Below, piece by piece: positions 26,733 to 34,599 of a stretch of DNA of 36,758 nt. Numbering within the stretch: position 1 is the first letter of the stretch; the number at the start of each line of letters is the position of its first letter. The position numbers and the translations under genes were made by a program. This DNA comes from Thermoplasmata archaeon (lineage in GTDB: Archaea > Thermoplasmatota > Thermoplasmata > RBG-16-68-12 > JAFNFQ01). Under the pieces are notes generated by a model. The model had not been told where the DNA came from. It saw nothing but the letters and a program-made list of their open reading frames with translations, and made no database searches. The stretch covers positions 1 to 36,758 of the forward strand of contig JBGPQV010000025.1 of assembly GCA_041489255.1 (NCBI GenBank). The letters run 5' to 3'.

Positions 26733-27968
26733 ATGCAGAGAGTTGGGCTGTACGTAAGAGTGAGCACGCAGGAACAAGCAAACAAGGGCTGGAGCATCGA
26801 CGCGCAGTACGCGGAACTGAGGAAGTTCTGCGACTCCCACAAAGACTGGAAGGTCGTCAGGGCGTTCAATGATCCTGGCTACACAGCGGCAAACCTTGAC
26901 AGACCAGGGATACGAAACCTCCTTGAGTGCGCCCAGAGAGGCGACCTGGATGTTGTCGTGGCCTGGCGGTACGACCGTCTAAGTCGCGACAACCTCGACT
27001 TCCCTCTCCTGCTGCACTTGCTGAAGAAGAGCAACGTTCACGTTGTCTCGGCAACAGAACCAAGCGCGGATGATGGTTCCCCGCATGGGGAGTTCGTCGT
27101 CGGCCTCCTTGGGCTCCTCGCCACGCTTGAACGGAGAACCGACGCAGTGCGTGTGAAGCTTGGGATGAGAGCTCGTGCCAAGAAAGGACTCTGGCATGGT
27201 GGCACTCCAGCGTATGGATATCGGTACGACTCTGCCTCCGGTCGTTTAGTCACAGACCCAGAAGCTGCGGCAACGGTATCGCTGATCTTCCTTCGCTACT
27301 CCAAGCTGGGGAACCTGCACTCATTGAGAGCCGAGCTGGCTTTCCAGGGCATAGCTGGACGGAGCGGGAAGAAGTGGACGGTCACTCAGCTTCGCTTGGT
27401 GCTGAGAAGAGACTCGTACCGTGGCATCGTCAAGTGGGGCGACGTCGCCATGACAGACCCGTCACTGCACCTCGTGGATGATACAACATTCGAGACTTGC
27501 CAGCGGCTCTTGCAGGAAGAGAGCGAGAAGAACGGCTGTGCTGAAGTCGACGGCACATCGCTGAAGCACGGCCATCTCAACAAGTCTGGGTTGCCAGCGT
27601 GTCCCAGGTGCGACTCCCATCAGGCCGTATGCCGCAAGGGCATTCGCTCGCTGGTGGACGGATCGATGCGGCAAAGATACTTCTGCCGCGTCTGTCAAGC
27701 GGAGTTCGACGACATGACCGCCCTGATAGAATTCCCTCCCTGCCCAGACTGCAGGAACAGAGCGAACATACAGTACTTCCGGCAGTGGACCTCAGCAAAC
27801 GGGATCGACTTCAGGGTGTTCGGATGCCGCGCCTGCGACAACAGATTCCGCGTCATCCTCAGGGACGTGGGGAAGCCATTGGGCAGCACCACAATTGCTG
27901 CAGTACGCTCGGGCCCCGGTGAGAACGCAGCCACACCTGAAGCACCACTCCTGGACGCTGACTATTGA
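26733..27968 (+). CDS. Serine recombinase 1 (resolvase + recombinase domain + two C-terminal zinc ribbons)
   Basis: GLYVRVSTQEQ, DPGYTA..LDRPG, DRLSR, GLWHGG.PAYGY; C-terminal CPRC...CRVC and CPDC...CRAC. Confidence 0.92.
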   Translation: MQRVGLYVRVSTQEQANKGWSIDAQYAELRKFCDSHKDWKVVRAFNDPGYTAANLDRPGIRNLLECAQRGDLDVVVAWRYDRLSRDNLDFPLLLHLLKKSNVHVVSATEPSADDGSPHGEFVVGLLGLLATLERRTDAVRVKLGMRARAKKGLWHGGTPAYGYRYDSASGRLVTDPEAAATVSLIFLRYSKLGNLHSLRAELAFQGIAGRSGKKWTVTQLRLVLRRDSYRGIVKWGDVAMTDPSLHLVDDTTFETCQRLLQEESEKNGCAEVDGTSLKHGHLNKSGLPACPRCDSHQAVCRKGIRSLVDGSMRQRYFCRVCQAEFDDMTALIEFPPCPDCRNRANIQYFRQWTSANGIDFRVFGCRACDNRFRVILRDVGKPLGSTTIAAVRSGPGENAATPEAPLLDADY

Positions 27969-28847
27969 GCCACGCGGTCGGTGATAATGAGCGATCCGAT
28001 GCCGACGCCACTCTACTCGAAGAGTCTGCAGCTGGGCAAACGTTCTGTCGTCCAATATGCGAAGAGACTCATCCTTCGTGACGATGTCTCTGTACCTGAG
28101 GAGTCCCACGTAGATCGGGTTGCTTAGCAGTCGTGAGACGGTTGGCTTCGACCACGGCTTTCCGTTTCGCGTCAGCCTGTCTTCCTTGCGCAACGTCCGT
28201 ACCACCGCGGACAGGTCTCGCTTCTCCAGGGCGAGTACCGCCATGTGCCGGACGAGGTCAGCCTCCTCCTTGATGATATGTAATCGGTTCGTGGATGGTT
28301 CGTAACAGTATCCGTGGGGCGTCGGGCCGCCATGCCATTTACCCTGCTTCGCCCTGCCAAGCGCGCCAAGCGCCGCCCTCTCTTTTATGGTTCCCCTCTC
28401 CCACTCCGAGAACAACGCGAGCATGTCGAACAGAGCCTTTCCCTGAACCGTGGTTGAGTCGAACGCCTCTGTGGCGCTGACAACATCCACATCGATTGCC
28501 TTCAGGAAAGCCCATATGTTCTGCAGGTCGACATTGCTCCTGCCGAGCCTATCGACTTTCCACACGAGGACGATGTCAAAGGCTGCCGCCTCGGCCAGTC
28601 GCAGCATCCTTTCCAGCTTCGGTCTTTCGATTGAACCTCCGCTCTCCACCTCCCGGAACAACCTGACGCAACGCCCTCCACGCTCAGCGCACAACGCCCT
28701 AAGCCGTGACACCTGTTCGTCGAGGCTGTGACCTGCCGCCTGCTCCAAAGTCGAGACCCTGGCATAAAGTGCTATCCGAGCAGGCTGGCCCATTCCCTTG
28801 CAGTTCGACCACGGTTCGACCTTGCCGCTCTTGATCCTCGTGGTCAT
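27792..28847 (-). CDS. Serine recombinase 2 (resolvase + recombinase domain + zinc ribbon)
   Basis: ALYARVSTLEQ, ESGGSIERP, DRLGR, GKWHGGP.PHGY, LSNPIYVG; CFRC...CSNC. ATG 28847 overlaps the stop of recombinase 3; ATG 28793 is an alternative start. Confidence 0.92.
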   Translation of the reverse strand: MTTRIKSGKVEPWSNCKGMGQPARIALYARVSTLEQAAGHSLDEQVSRLRALCAERGGRCVRLFREVESGGSIERPKLERMLRLAEAAAFDIVLVWKVDRLGRSNVDLQNIWAFLKAIDVDVVSATEAFDSTTVQGKALFDMLALFSEWERGTIKERAALGALGRAKQGKWHGGPTPHGYCYEPSTNRLHIIKEEADLVRHMAVLALEKRDLSAVVRTLRKEDRLTRNGKPWSKPTVSRLLSNPIYVGLLRYRDIVTKDESLRILDDRTFAQLQTLRVEWRRHRIAHYHRPRGSIVSVQEWCFRCGCVLTGARAYCSNCGAAQWLPHVPEDDAESVVAGAASEHPEVDPVC

Positions 28848-29668
28848 GACTCGCCCAGCCCACGGCTTTCTTGGCCCTTGCCGCACTTGCGGCGCCTTCG
28901 CCGTCTCCTTCTTCGCCGTTTCGGTCGTTGCTCGACGATCGCTTCGTGCGTGTTGGGAGTGACAACGTCCTCCCAGTGTCGCGACCCCTCATACAACGGG
29001 TTGTGAACAACTCTGAAAACCTGGCGCTTGGACCAAAGTCGGCGAAGCTTTGTTGGAATGTTCTGTGCATTGAGGTGATCGGCGATGACCTGCATCGACC
29101 ATCCTTCGCCGAAGTACAGACTGTGGATTTCCTTCACGACTTGAGCCTCATTTGGCACGATCACAAGATTGCCAGACTCGCGGTCGAATCGGTAGCCGTA
29201 AGGGTCGGACATGCCGAGGAATTTCCCCTCCTCGGCTGCTTGACGCATCCCCATATGAACACGCTCGCCGATCTGCTCGCTTTCGAGCTGAGCTATCCGT
29301 TGGAGCATGTCCATGACGAACCGGCCAGTCGCCGTAGAGGTGTCAAAAGAGTCTGTCGCGGAAACGAAATCCTTGCCAGACATCCGGAGGTCGTCCATCA
29401 TCGCCATGAAATTCCGGGAGTTGCGGTGTATCCGGTCCATTTTGAGGACAAGAATCGCGTCCCACTGGTCTCGCGCTTTCATCATCCGTTCGTATTCAGG
29501 GCGCTTCACCGTTCTTCCGGACTGGCCGTCATCTACGTATTCATCCGCAACCATCCAGCCTTGCACCTGGCAGTGGGCGTGTAGTCTCTTCAGCTGAGCT
29601 GCGATAGAGTAGCCCTCCCTCGCTTGATCTTCAGTGGAGACTCGCACGTAGATGGCCGCGCGCTTCAT
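28844..29668 (-). CDS. Serine recombinase 3 (resolvase + recombinase domain, Arg-rich tail)
   Basis: AIYVRVSTEDQ, DDGQSG..VKRP, DRIHR, PYGY, HNPLYEG, HEAIV; tail RPKRRRRRRRRRRK. Confidence 0.92.
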   Translation of the reverse strand: MKRAAIYVRVSTEDQAREGYSIAAQLKRLHAHCQVQGWMVADEYVDDGQSGRTVKRPEYERMMKARDQWDAILVLKMDRIHRNSRNFMAMMDDLRMSGKDFVSATDSFDTSTATGRFVMDMLQRIAQLESEQIGERVHMGMRQAAEEGKFLGMSDPYGYRFDRESGNLVIVPNEAQVVKEIHSLYFGEGWSMQVIADHLNAQNIPTKLRRLWSKRQVFRVVHNPLYEGSRHWEDVVTPNTHEAIVEQRPKRRRRRRRRRRKCGKGQESRGLGES

Positions 29669-29698
29669 GACGCTGCGGTTCGTCGGCCGACTTCGGGA

Positions 29699-29786
29699 CG
29701 CCTTGTCACCGATTGTCCGCGACGTCTCTACCACGGGGAAGAGTTCAAACGTCGGAATTACTTGGGGAGCTACGTCACGGTGACAA
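29699..29786. repeat. 9-bp inverted repeat and degenerate 10-bp repeats in the divergent promoter region
   Basis: TTGTCACCG (29703-29711) / CGGTGACAA (29778-29786); CGCCTTGTCA-CCGATTGTCC at 29699-29718. Confidence 0.6.
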
Positions 29787-29787
29787 A

Positions 29788-30549
29788 ATGGCAAGACCAC
29801 GCTTTGACGACTCAAAGCTCCGAGATGCGATCCTCAGCATCGTTCCCGGGGACGGCTGGATGAGTCAAGGGAAGCTGACATGTGGACTATCTGCGGGACT
29901 GCTTCCCCATGGGGCGGCTGGCCGCCAGCGCCTATGTCGAACGCTGAACCGAATGGAGGAAGAGTGGTTCATAATTCGTCACGAGAGACTTCACGGACAC
30001 GGACGGGGACCTTTCTGGCGAAGACTGGCTGGGGCATTGAAGTTCGAAGCGGTGCACCATGCCTTGTTCGAGGGGGTCAGGGAGCGCTCGTACAGCATGG
30101 TTCATCCGCCAATCCGCCTCGGTCCCACGGGCGAGATGTACATTTACGGCGAAGCTGTTCCGGAGGAACTAGTCGACTCCATCAACGAAGCCTTGGGAAT
30201 CCTCTCGTCCGCAGGCGAAAGTGTCCTTGGAGTTCGGGGAAAGCTAGAAGAAGCACTTGACCTCCTTCGGCAGGCAGACGCGGGGGAAGGCAAGGCCAGG
30301 GCCATCCTCATGCAGACTGTGAATCTCCTTCCGGCAAAGCCCATGGCAATCCTCGTTGTACCCTTCGTAAGCAAGATTGGGCGAGGGGAGACGTTATGGA
30401 TTTCCCATACCAAGACTAAGACTGAAGCTGGCGAAGTCGTTCGGAAGATTCGGCGGATTCGTCGCCCCGGGAGAGAATCGGGGGTAATCACCACACGTAC
30501 GAAGGGACCATCTTCCCGACGCACATCGACCGCCAAGGGTCTTCGCTAG
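29788..30549 (+). CDS. Putative winged-HTH DNA-binding protein with basic C-terminus
   Basis: LRDAILSIV...MSQGKL...RQRLCRTLNRMEEEWFIIR...PFW pattern; GGTGA SD; divergent from recombinase 3. Confidence 0.6.
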   Translation: MARPRFDDSKLRDAILSIVPGDGWMSQGKLTCGLSAGLLPHGAAGRQRLCRTLNRMEEEWFIIRHERLHGHGRGPFWRRLAGALKFEAVHHALFEGVRERSYSMVHPPIRLGPTGEMYIYGEAVPEELVDSINEALGILSSAGESVLGVRGKLEEALDLLRQADAGEGKARAILMQTVNLLPAKPMAILVVPFVSKIGRGETLWISHTKTKTEAGEVVRKIRRIRRPGRESGVITTRTKGPSSRRTSTAKGLR

Positions 30550-30605
30550 TCTTCCGGCTAGAGAGGCACGGCGATCTATCCTCCGTCCATCGGTCCCGAG
30601 AGGAG

Positions 30606-30660
30606 CCGACCGTCACCGACTGTCAACTTTTATATGTCGGCGCCTATAAATATCCCGACA
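30606..30660. promoter_or_regulatory. Tandem 10-bp repeats and inverted repeat around TATA boxes upstream of the ATPase module
   Basis: CCGACCGTCA-CCGACTGTCA (30606-30625); TTTTATAT; TGTCGG (30635-30640) and CCGACA (30655-30660) flanking TATAAATA. Confidence 0.6.
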
Positions 30661-30746
30661 ACACATACGTTGGACTGGGTGCCGGACACGCGAACGGGTA
30701 GCATCAGTCCGGTCACCTGGAAAAAACAAAGGAGTATGATAAGAGA

Positions 30747-31238
30747 ATGAAGAACATTAGAGATGATCTGGCGAAGGCCGGGACGATTCTCGACCGAGTC
30801 GATGAACGGCTCGATGACATGGCTGCAGAGCTGCAAGCTGACGGCGATCCATTGCCCAGTGGGTTTGACGAACTCCGAGAGGGAGTAGAGGAATTCGGTT
30901 CCGCCCTCGACGAGATTCACAAGGTCGTTGCAGCACTCATGCCGGAAGCGCGTCGGTGGCGAATCTTTCTCGCGTCGGAAGGGGGCATCGTGTACATCAA
31001 TGGCCTTGACGAGATAGACACGGTACCACTCGACCTCGCGGCGATGCTTGTGCATGGGCGGGTCCCGGTTGGCAGATTGGACGACCTCGGGGCCTGTGTG
31101 AGATTCAATCTTCCGAAGGCAGCTGTCATGCTTCAGAAGTCCCTTGTCGGGGCTCTCGCCCGAGACACATACATCCTCGGAGACAAGACACCAGAGCTGG
31201 AAGAGGTGAAAGGCAAAGAGGACGGTGGGACACCATGA
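30747..31238 (+). CDS. Hypothetical protein with N-terminal helical hairpin
   Basis: 163-aa ORF with GGAG SD; acidic amphipathic N-terminal helices. Confidence 0.7.
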   Translation: MKNIRDDLAKAGTILDRVDERLDDMAAELQADGDPLPSGFDELREGVEEFGSALDEIHKVVAALMPEARRWRIFLASEGGIVYINGLDEIDTVPLDLAAMLVHGRVPVGRLDDLGACVRFNLPKAAVMLQKSLVGALARDTYILGDKTPELEEVKGKEDGGTP

Positions 31239-31410
31239 TTCCTGCACGAAGCCGTATGGTCAGATGGAGCAACTTGCAGCAATCCGTAAAGGAGGGGGAA
31301 AGGCAGGAAGAGAAACACAATGACATGCTCTACATCTACACTAATGTCACACCTATTCTCTCCATAGCTGTCGTCCCAAATCCCGATATTATCACCCTGG
31401 AGGGGGTTTT

Positions 31411-33687
31411 ATGAGCCTGCGTGAGCTTGACGCGATCCACCTCGGGATCCTCGCTCTCTGCATCAATCCGACCTCACTACATTCCCTCGAGGGACGCCTC
31501 GCGAAACATGCGGCCCTGTATCGGGATGCAGGCGACCTCGTGGAGGCCGGACTCCTGAAGAAGCTTCGGCGCGGAATGTGGCAAACGACACCCTCAGGGA
31601 AGAAGGCGCTGGAGGACGCTCAGTCACTAGGGTCGAGGTCGACCCCGCTCGATATCCTTTACCCGCCCCTGAGGCTGCTTCCTCCAGTCCATCGCGCCCT
31701 CGCCCATCTTCTCATCCTCGCCGCGTACGCCCGCAAACACAAACTCAGGGAAGACCACCATCCGTTCGGGCTCATCTATGGAGAAACGATGACTTTCAAG
31801 ACCCTGTTGGCACGGTTCATTGCCTACGCCTTGGGCGAAGATCCTTCGAAATCTGTTATCATGACGCCGACCGAAAGCGGGAGGAGCATGGCCTTCAGGA
31901 AGACGTACGGGGGGAAGCTTGCCAGCATCAGAGCAGCTCTCGGTCAGATGTTCGTTTGTCTTGACGAATACCACCGAGCGGACCGGATGATGAAGCGCGT
32001 GGTGTCACCATACTTGATGGGGACCTTGAAGGTGCCCATTGAGAACGACGTACTCGATGTGAAACCAGTCACCCTCGTCGCCATGAATCCCCTCAAGGGG
32101 CGCACGGTATCGGAGCAGACTGGCTTCGACACGGCCGAGCTTCGGCGGGCGATACCCTGCCGCGTAACTGCGGCGGATGTGCCCGAGCACGCGAAGCTTC
32201 ACGGGGATGAGTTGGTGAACGCTGCTCGCAAGACAGGTCCGTTGGCGATGCCTGCGCCGAGCGGCACAGTCATACGCGCGGAAGACGTAGCAGGAATACT
32301 CCGACCCAATCTGACGCGCGAGGCCGACGGCGTTGTCGACTTTGAAACGATAGCGATGCTCGCAGAGGCCATGGCTGCTTTCACGGATGAGGACCCGATT
32401 GGGTTAGTCTTACGTGACGTCCTCGTGTGCTACGAGACTGTCGGGTTTGCAGATTCTGCTTGGCGGACTAGACTAGCGGCGGGTCGCGGGGGAACCGGAA
32501 TCGTGCAGAGCCAGACGCCGCCGGCATCCAGGGAAATGTCGTTGCGGGAACAGACCTTGATGGTCCTGGAGCGCGAAGGGCATGTACTGGAGAAAGGACT
32601 CGACCATCACGAACGACTCACTGAGCTGGATGTGCTTCTCCGCGGGCGTGGACTCGACGCCAGTACCGTACTGAGACAGGTGACTGAGCTGCTGAAGTGG
32701 GATGAGATTGGCTACCCATTTCCAGTTCTTAAGGCCCTCTATCCGGTCTGGAAGAAAACTGGCGACCCAGAACGTTTCTCTATCGAGGTCGAGGCGATCG
32801 TCGAGCGCTTCGGGACGTTCGAGAAGTGGGGAAAGATCCTCGCTGAGCAGGAGAAGTTCCTGGCTCGGAATGGCGGTTCGTGGGGCGATGTCCACGAAGC
32901 TCTCTTGCAGCGTCAGGAATTGGAACCCTATGGTCTGTCCCCCAAGGATGGCCGTTTGCTATTGCGGCGGCTGGCAGAGGAAGCTGTTAGGCGCACTCTG
33001 AATCCCAGCGATGCCGTACGGCACATATTCGACTTGGTGCGGGCTCATGACGACCTCTTTGCTGCAACCCAAGAGCACAAGAAGTCGTTATCAGAGGAGA
33101 CGCGACGCCTTCAGGAAAGTCAAGAGAAAAGAGCGGCACAGGAAAAGGCGTGGGCCGAACAACATACTGCTGAGGAACAGGCCAGGGCTCAAGAGCGGAT
33201 TCGATGGGAAGAGGGGCGGGCGGCGCATGAAGCCAAAATGGCGAAGGGGGAGCAACGCCTTCAGGCATTGGCGGATGAAATCATCAGGAACGAAGCGAGG
33301 GTCGCGGAGACTGAGAAGCAAGTACTTCAGGCTCAAGCTCGCTTCGAAGAGCAGTCTGGGAGGGTCTCAAGGCTTGATGCCTCGTTCGTCGTCGGGGAGG
33401 CAATCCTACGCGCATTTAGGGAAAGAAAAGTGAAGGGTTTAGTTGTCTCAGCGCAAATCGTTGTTGAAACGATGAAGAACTTAGGCTCTGTTCCGATTCC
33501 GACTGCGCTCGGAGACTTAGAGGACTACGAGAACTGTTTGAATCAATTCGTCGAGCACCTCGGCAAGCCATGCATCCCCCTAGATGATCATCGCAGAGAG
33601 CTGGCGGAGAAGGACAGGATGATAACTGAACTCAAGGCTCGCTCAAATTCGGAGGAAACGGGAAACAAAGAGGTGGCGGCGCAATGA
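31411..33687 (+). CDS. wHTH + MCM-like AAA+ ATPase + coiled-coil protein (putative element replication helicase/initiator)
   Basis: N-terminal LYRDAGDLVEAGLL...GMWQTTPSG (wHTH); variant Walker A GETMTFKT, Walker B VCLDE, sensor-1 VAMNP, Arg-finger-like ELRR; long C-terminal coiled coil; GGAGG SD. Confidence 0.7.
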   Translation: MSLRELDAIHLGILALCINPTSLHSLEGRLAKHAALYRDAGDLVEAGLLKKLRRGMWQTTPSGKKALEDAQSLGSRSTPLDILYPPLRLLPPVHRALAHLLILAAYARKHKLREDHHPFGLIYGETMTFKTLLARFIAYALGEDPSKSVIMTPTESGRSMAFRKTYGGKLASIRAALGQMFVCLDEYHRADRMMKRVVSPYLMGTLKVPIENDVLDVKPVTLVAMNPLKGRTVSEQTGFDTAELRRAIPCRVTAADVPEHAKLHGDELVNAARKTGPLAMPAPSGTVIRAEDVAGILRPNLTREADGVVDFETIAMLAEAMAAFTDEDPIGLVLRDVLVCYETVGFADSAWRTRLAAGRGGTGIVQSQTPPASREMSLREQTLMVLEREGHVLEKGLDHHERLTELDVLLRGRGLDASTVLRQVTELLKWDEIGYPFPVLKALYPVWKKTGDPERFSIEVEAIVERFGTFEKWGKILAEQEKFLARNGGSWGDVHEALLQRQELEPYGLSPKDGRLLLRRLAEEAVRRTLNPSDAVRHIFDLVRAHDDLFAATQEHKKSLSEETRRLQESQEKRAAQEKAWAEQHTAEEQARAQERIRWEEGRAAHEAKMAKGEQRLQALADEIIRNEARVAETEKQVLQAQARFEEQSGRVSRLDASFVVGEAILRAFRERKVKGLVVSAQIVVETMKNLGSVPIPTALGDLEDYENCLNQFVEHLGKPCIPLDDHRRELAEKDRMITELKARSNSEETGNKEVAAQ

Positions 33688-34004
33688 AAGATGATGAGGA
33701 GACTATCCAAGTCTATTGGTATCGGGGCAGACTCGTGTTCAGGGCAAAGCCGTCAAACCGTCCGAGCGAGGCACAGCTGCTAGCGCGCGAGGCATTTGGC
33801 GAGGCGGCAATGAAGTCGGCGGGAAAGAGGATGGAAGGTGACATGCCGCCTGCAGCCTTGCTGGTCTCGGAGGAGATGACTAACCGCACCTTTGGCGGGT
33901 CTAGGCGGTCGCCAAAGTGGAGACTCCTGCTCGTGGATCTCTTGGTTCTACAAGGTTACTCGAAGGAGGAAGCTGCGATCATCATCGACGCCCTTGAGGG
34001 TTGA
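33684..34004 (+). CDS. Hypothetical protein coupled to the ATPase
   Basis: ATGA overlap, GAGGTGG SD, 106 aa. Confidence 0.65.
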   Translation: MKDDEETIQVYWYRGRLVFRAKPSNRPSEAQLLAREAFGEAAMKSAGKRMEGDMPPAALLVSEEMTNRTFGGSRRSPKWRLLLVDLLVLQGYSKEEAAIIIDALEG

Positions 34005-34124
34005 TTGTGGCAACATCAACCTTGAACGACCTCCGTCCGGGAAGATGACACGAGACTAGCTGCACGTCGTACATAGGGACTGGCGCACATCCGGTTGTCC
34101 TCGACCATTCTTCCCATGCGCAGA

Positions 34125-34147
34125 GGGTTCGAATCCCGGCCCGTCCG
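34125..34147 (+). repeat. tRNA 3'-end fragment (T arm + acceptor strand, tRNA-Arg-like), att-like
   Basis: GGGTTCGAATCCCGGCCCGTCCG; only 3 of 5 T-stem pairs form with upstream sequence; no D arm, anticodon arm or 5' acceptor strand. Confidence 0.7.
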
Positions 34148-34599
34148 TACCTTCTCCATAAAAGACATACCCCAATCAACGGGCTTTGGGCATAAGCTCT
34201 GCAAATTTCCTGCAGGGCGTCCCCGCCAATGTCAAGAGAATGTCCATGGCATGCCTGTTGGGGTGGCCCTAAGCTCGGCGGATCTGGGCGACCGCCTCCA
34301 CCGCCTCTGCGAGAGGGATTGCTCGGGCGGATGTGAGTGTCCAGGCCATCGTTGGGCTAGTCCTGGCGTTTCTCCCACAGCCTGGGCACGAAGTACGTCC
34401 CCGGATCAAGCCCCTCGAGCGGCTGCAACCAGACAGCGTCCCAGGTGCGTTTCCACGTCAATGCACGATTCCTGCCCTAGACGAGCGAGGAGGATACATC
34501 CGGGAGGCAGATCGTGCGAGACAGACGCCATTCCGCACAGATTCCAGCGGCATGCCATGATGCGCAACGTTTATTCTTCGATTAAGCAGTACCCAAACT

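Larger units (their letters stand above)
26600..34147. mobile_element. Integrated element with three serine recombinases, wHTH protein and MCM-like AAA+ ATPase; right side marked by a tRNA 3' fragment; nuclease cargo continues beyond
   Basis: Abrupt switch from housekeeping genes to recombinase, replication-like and hypothetical genes; less biased codon usage by eye; att-like tRNA fragment. Left boundary approximate. Confidence 0.75.

Noticed and set aside
26733-29668. IS607/TnpB, IS1 or Tn3-type transposon
   Set aside because: The recombinases lack the N-terminal MerR-like HTH of IS607 TnpA and carry a recombinase domain; no TnpB or DDE transposase and no terminal inverted repeats were found.
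34070-34150. Intact or intron-containing tRNA gene
   Set aside because: No 5' acceptor strand (GGACGGG), D arm or anticodon arm upstream; the T stem is incomplete.
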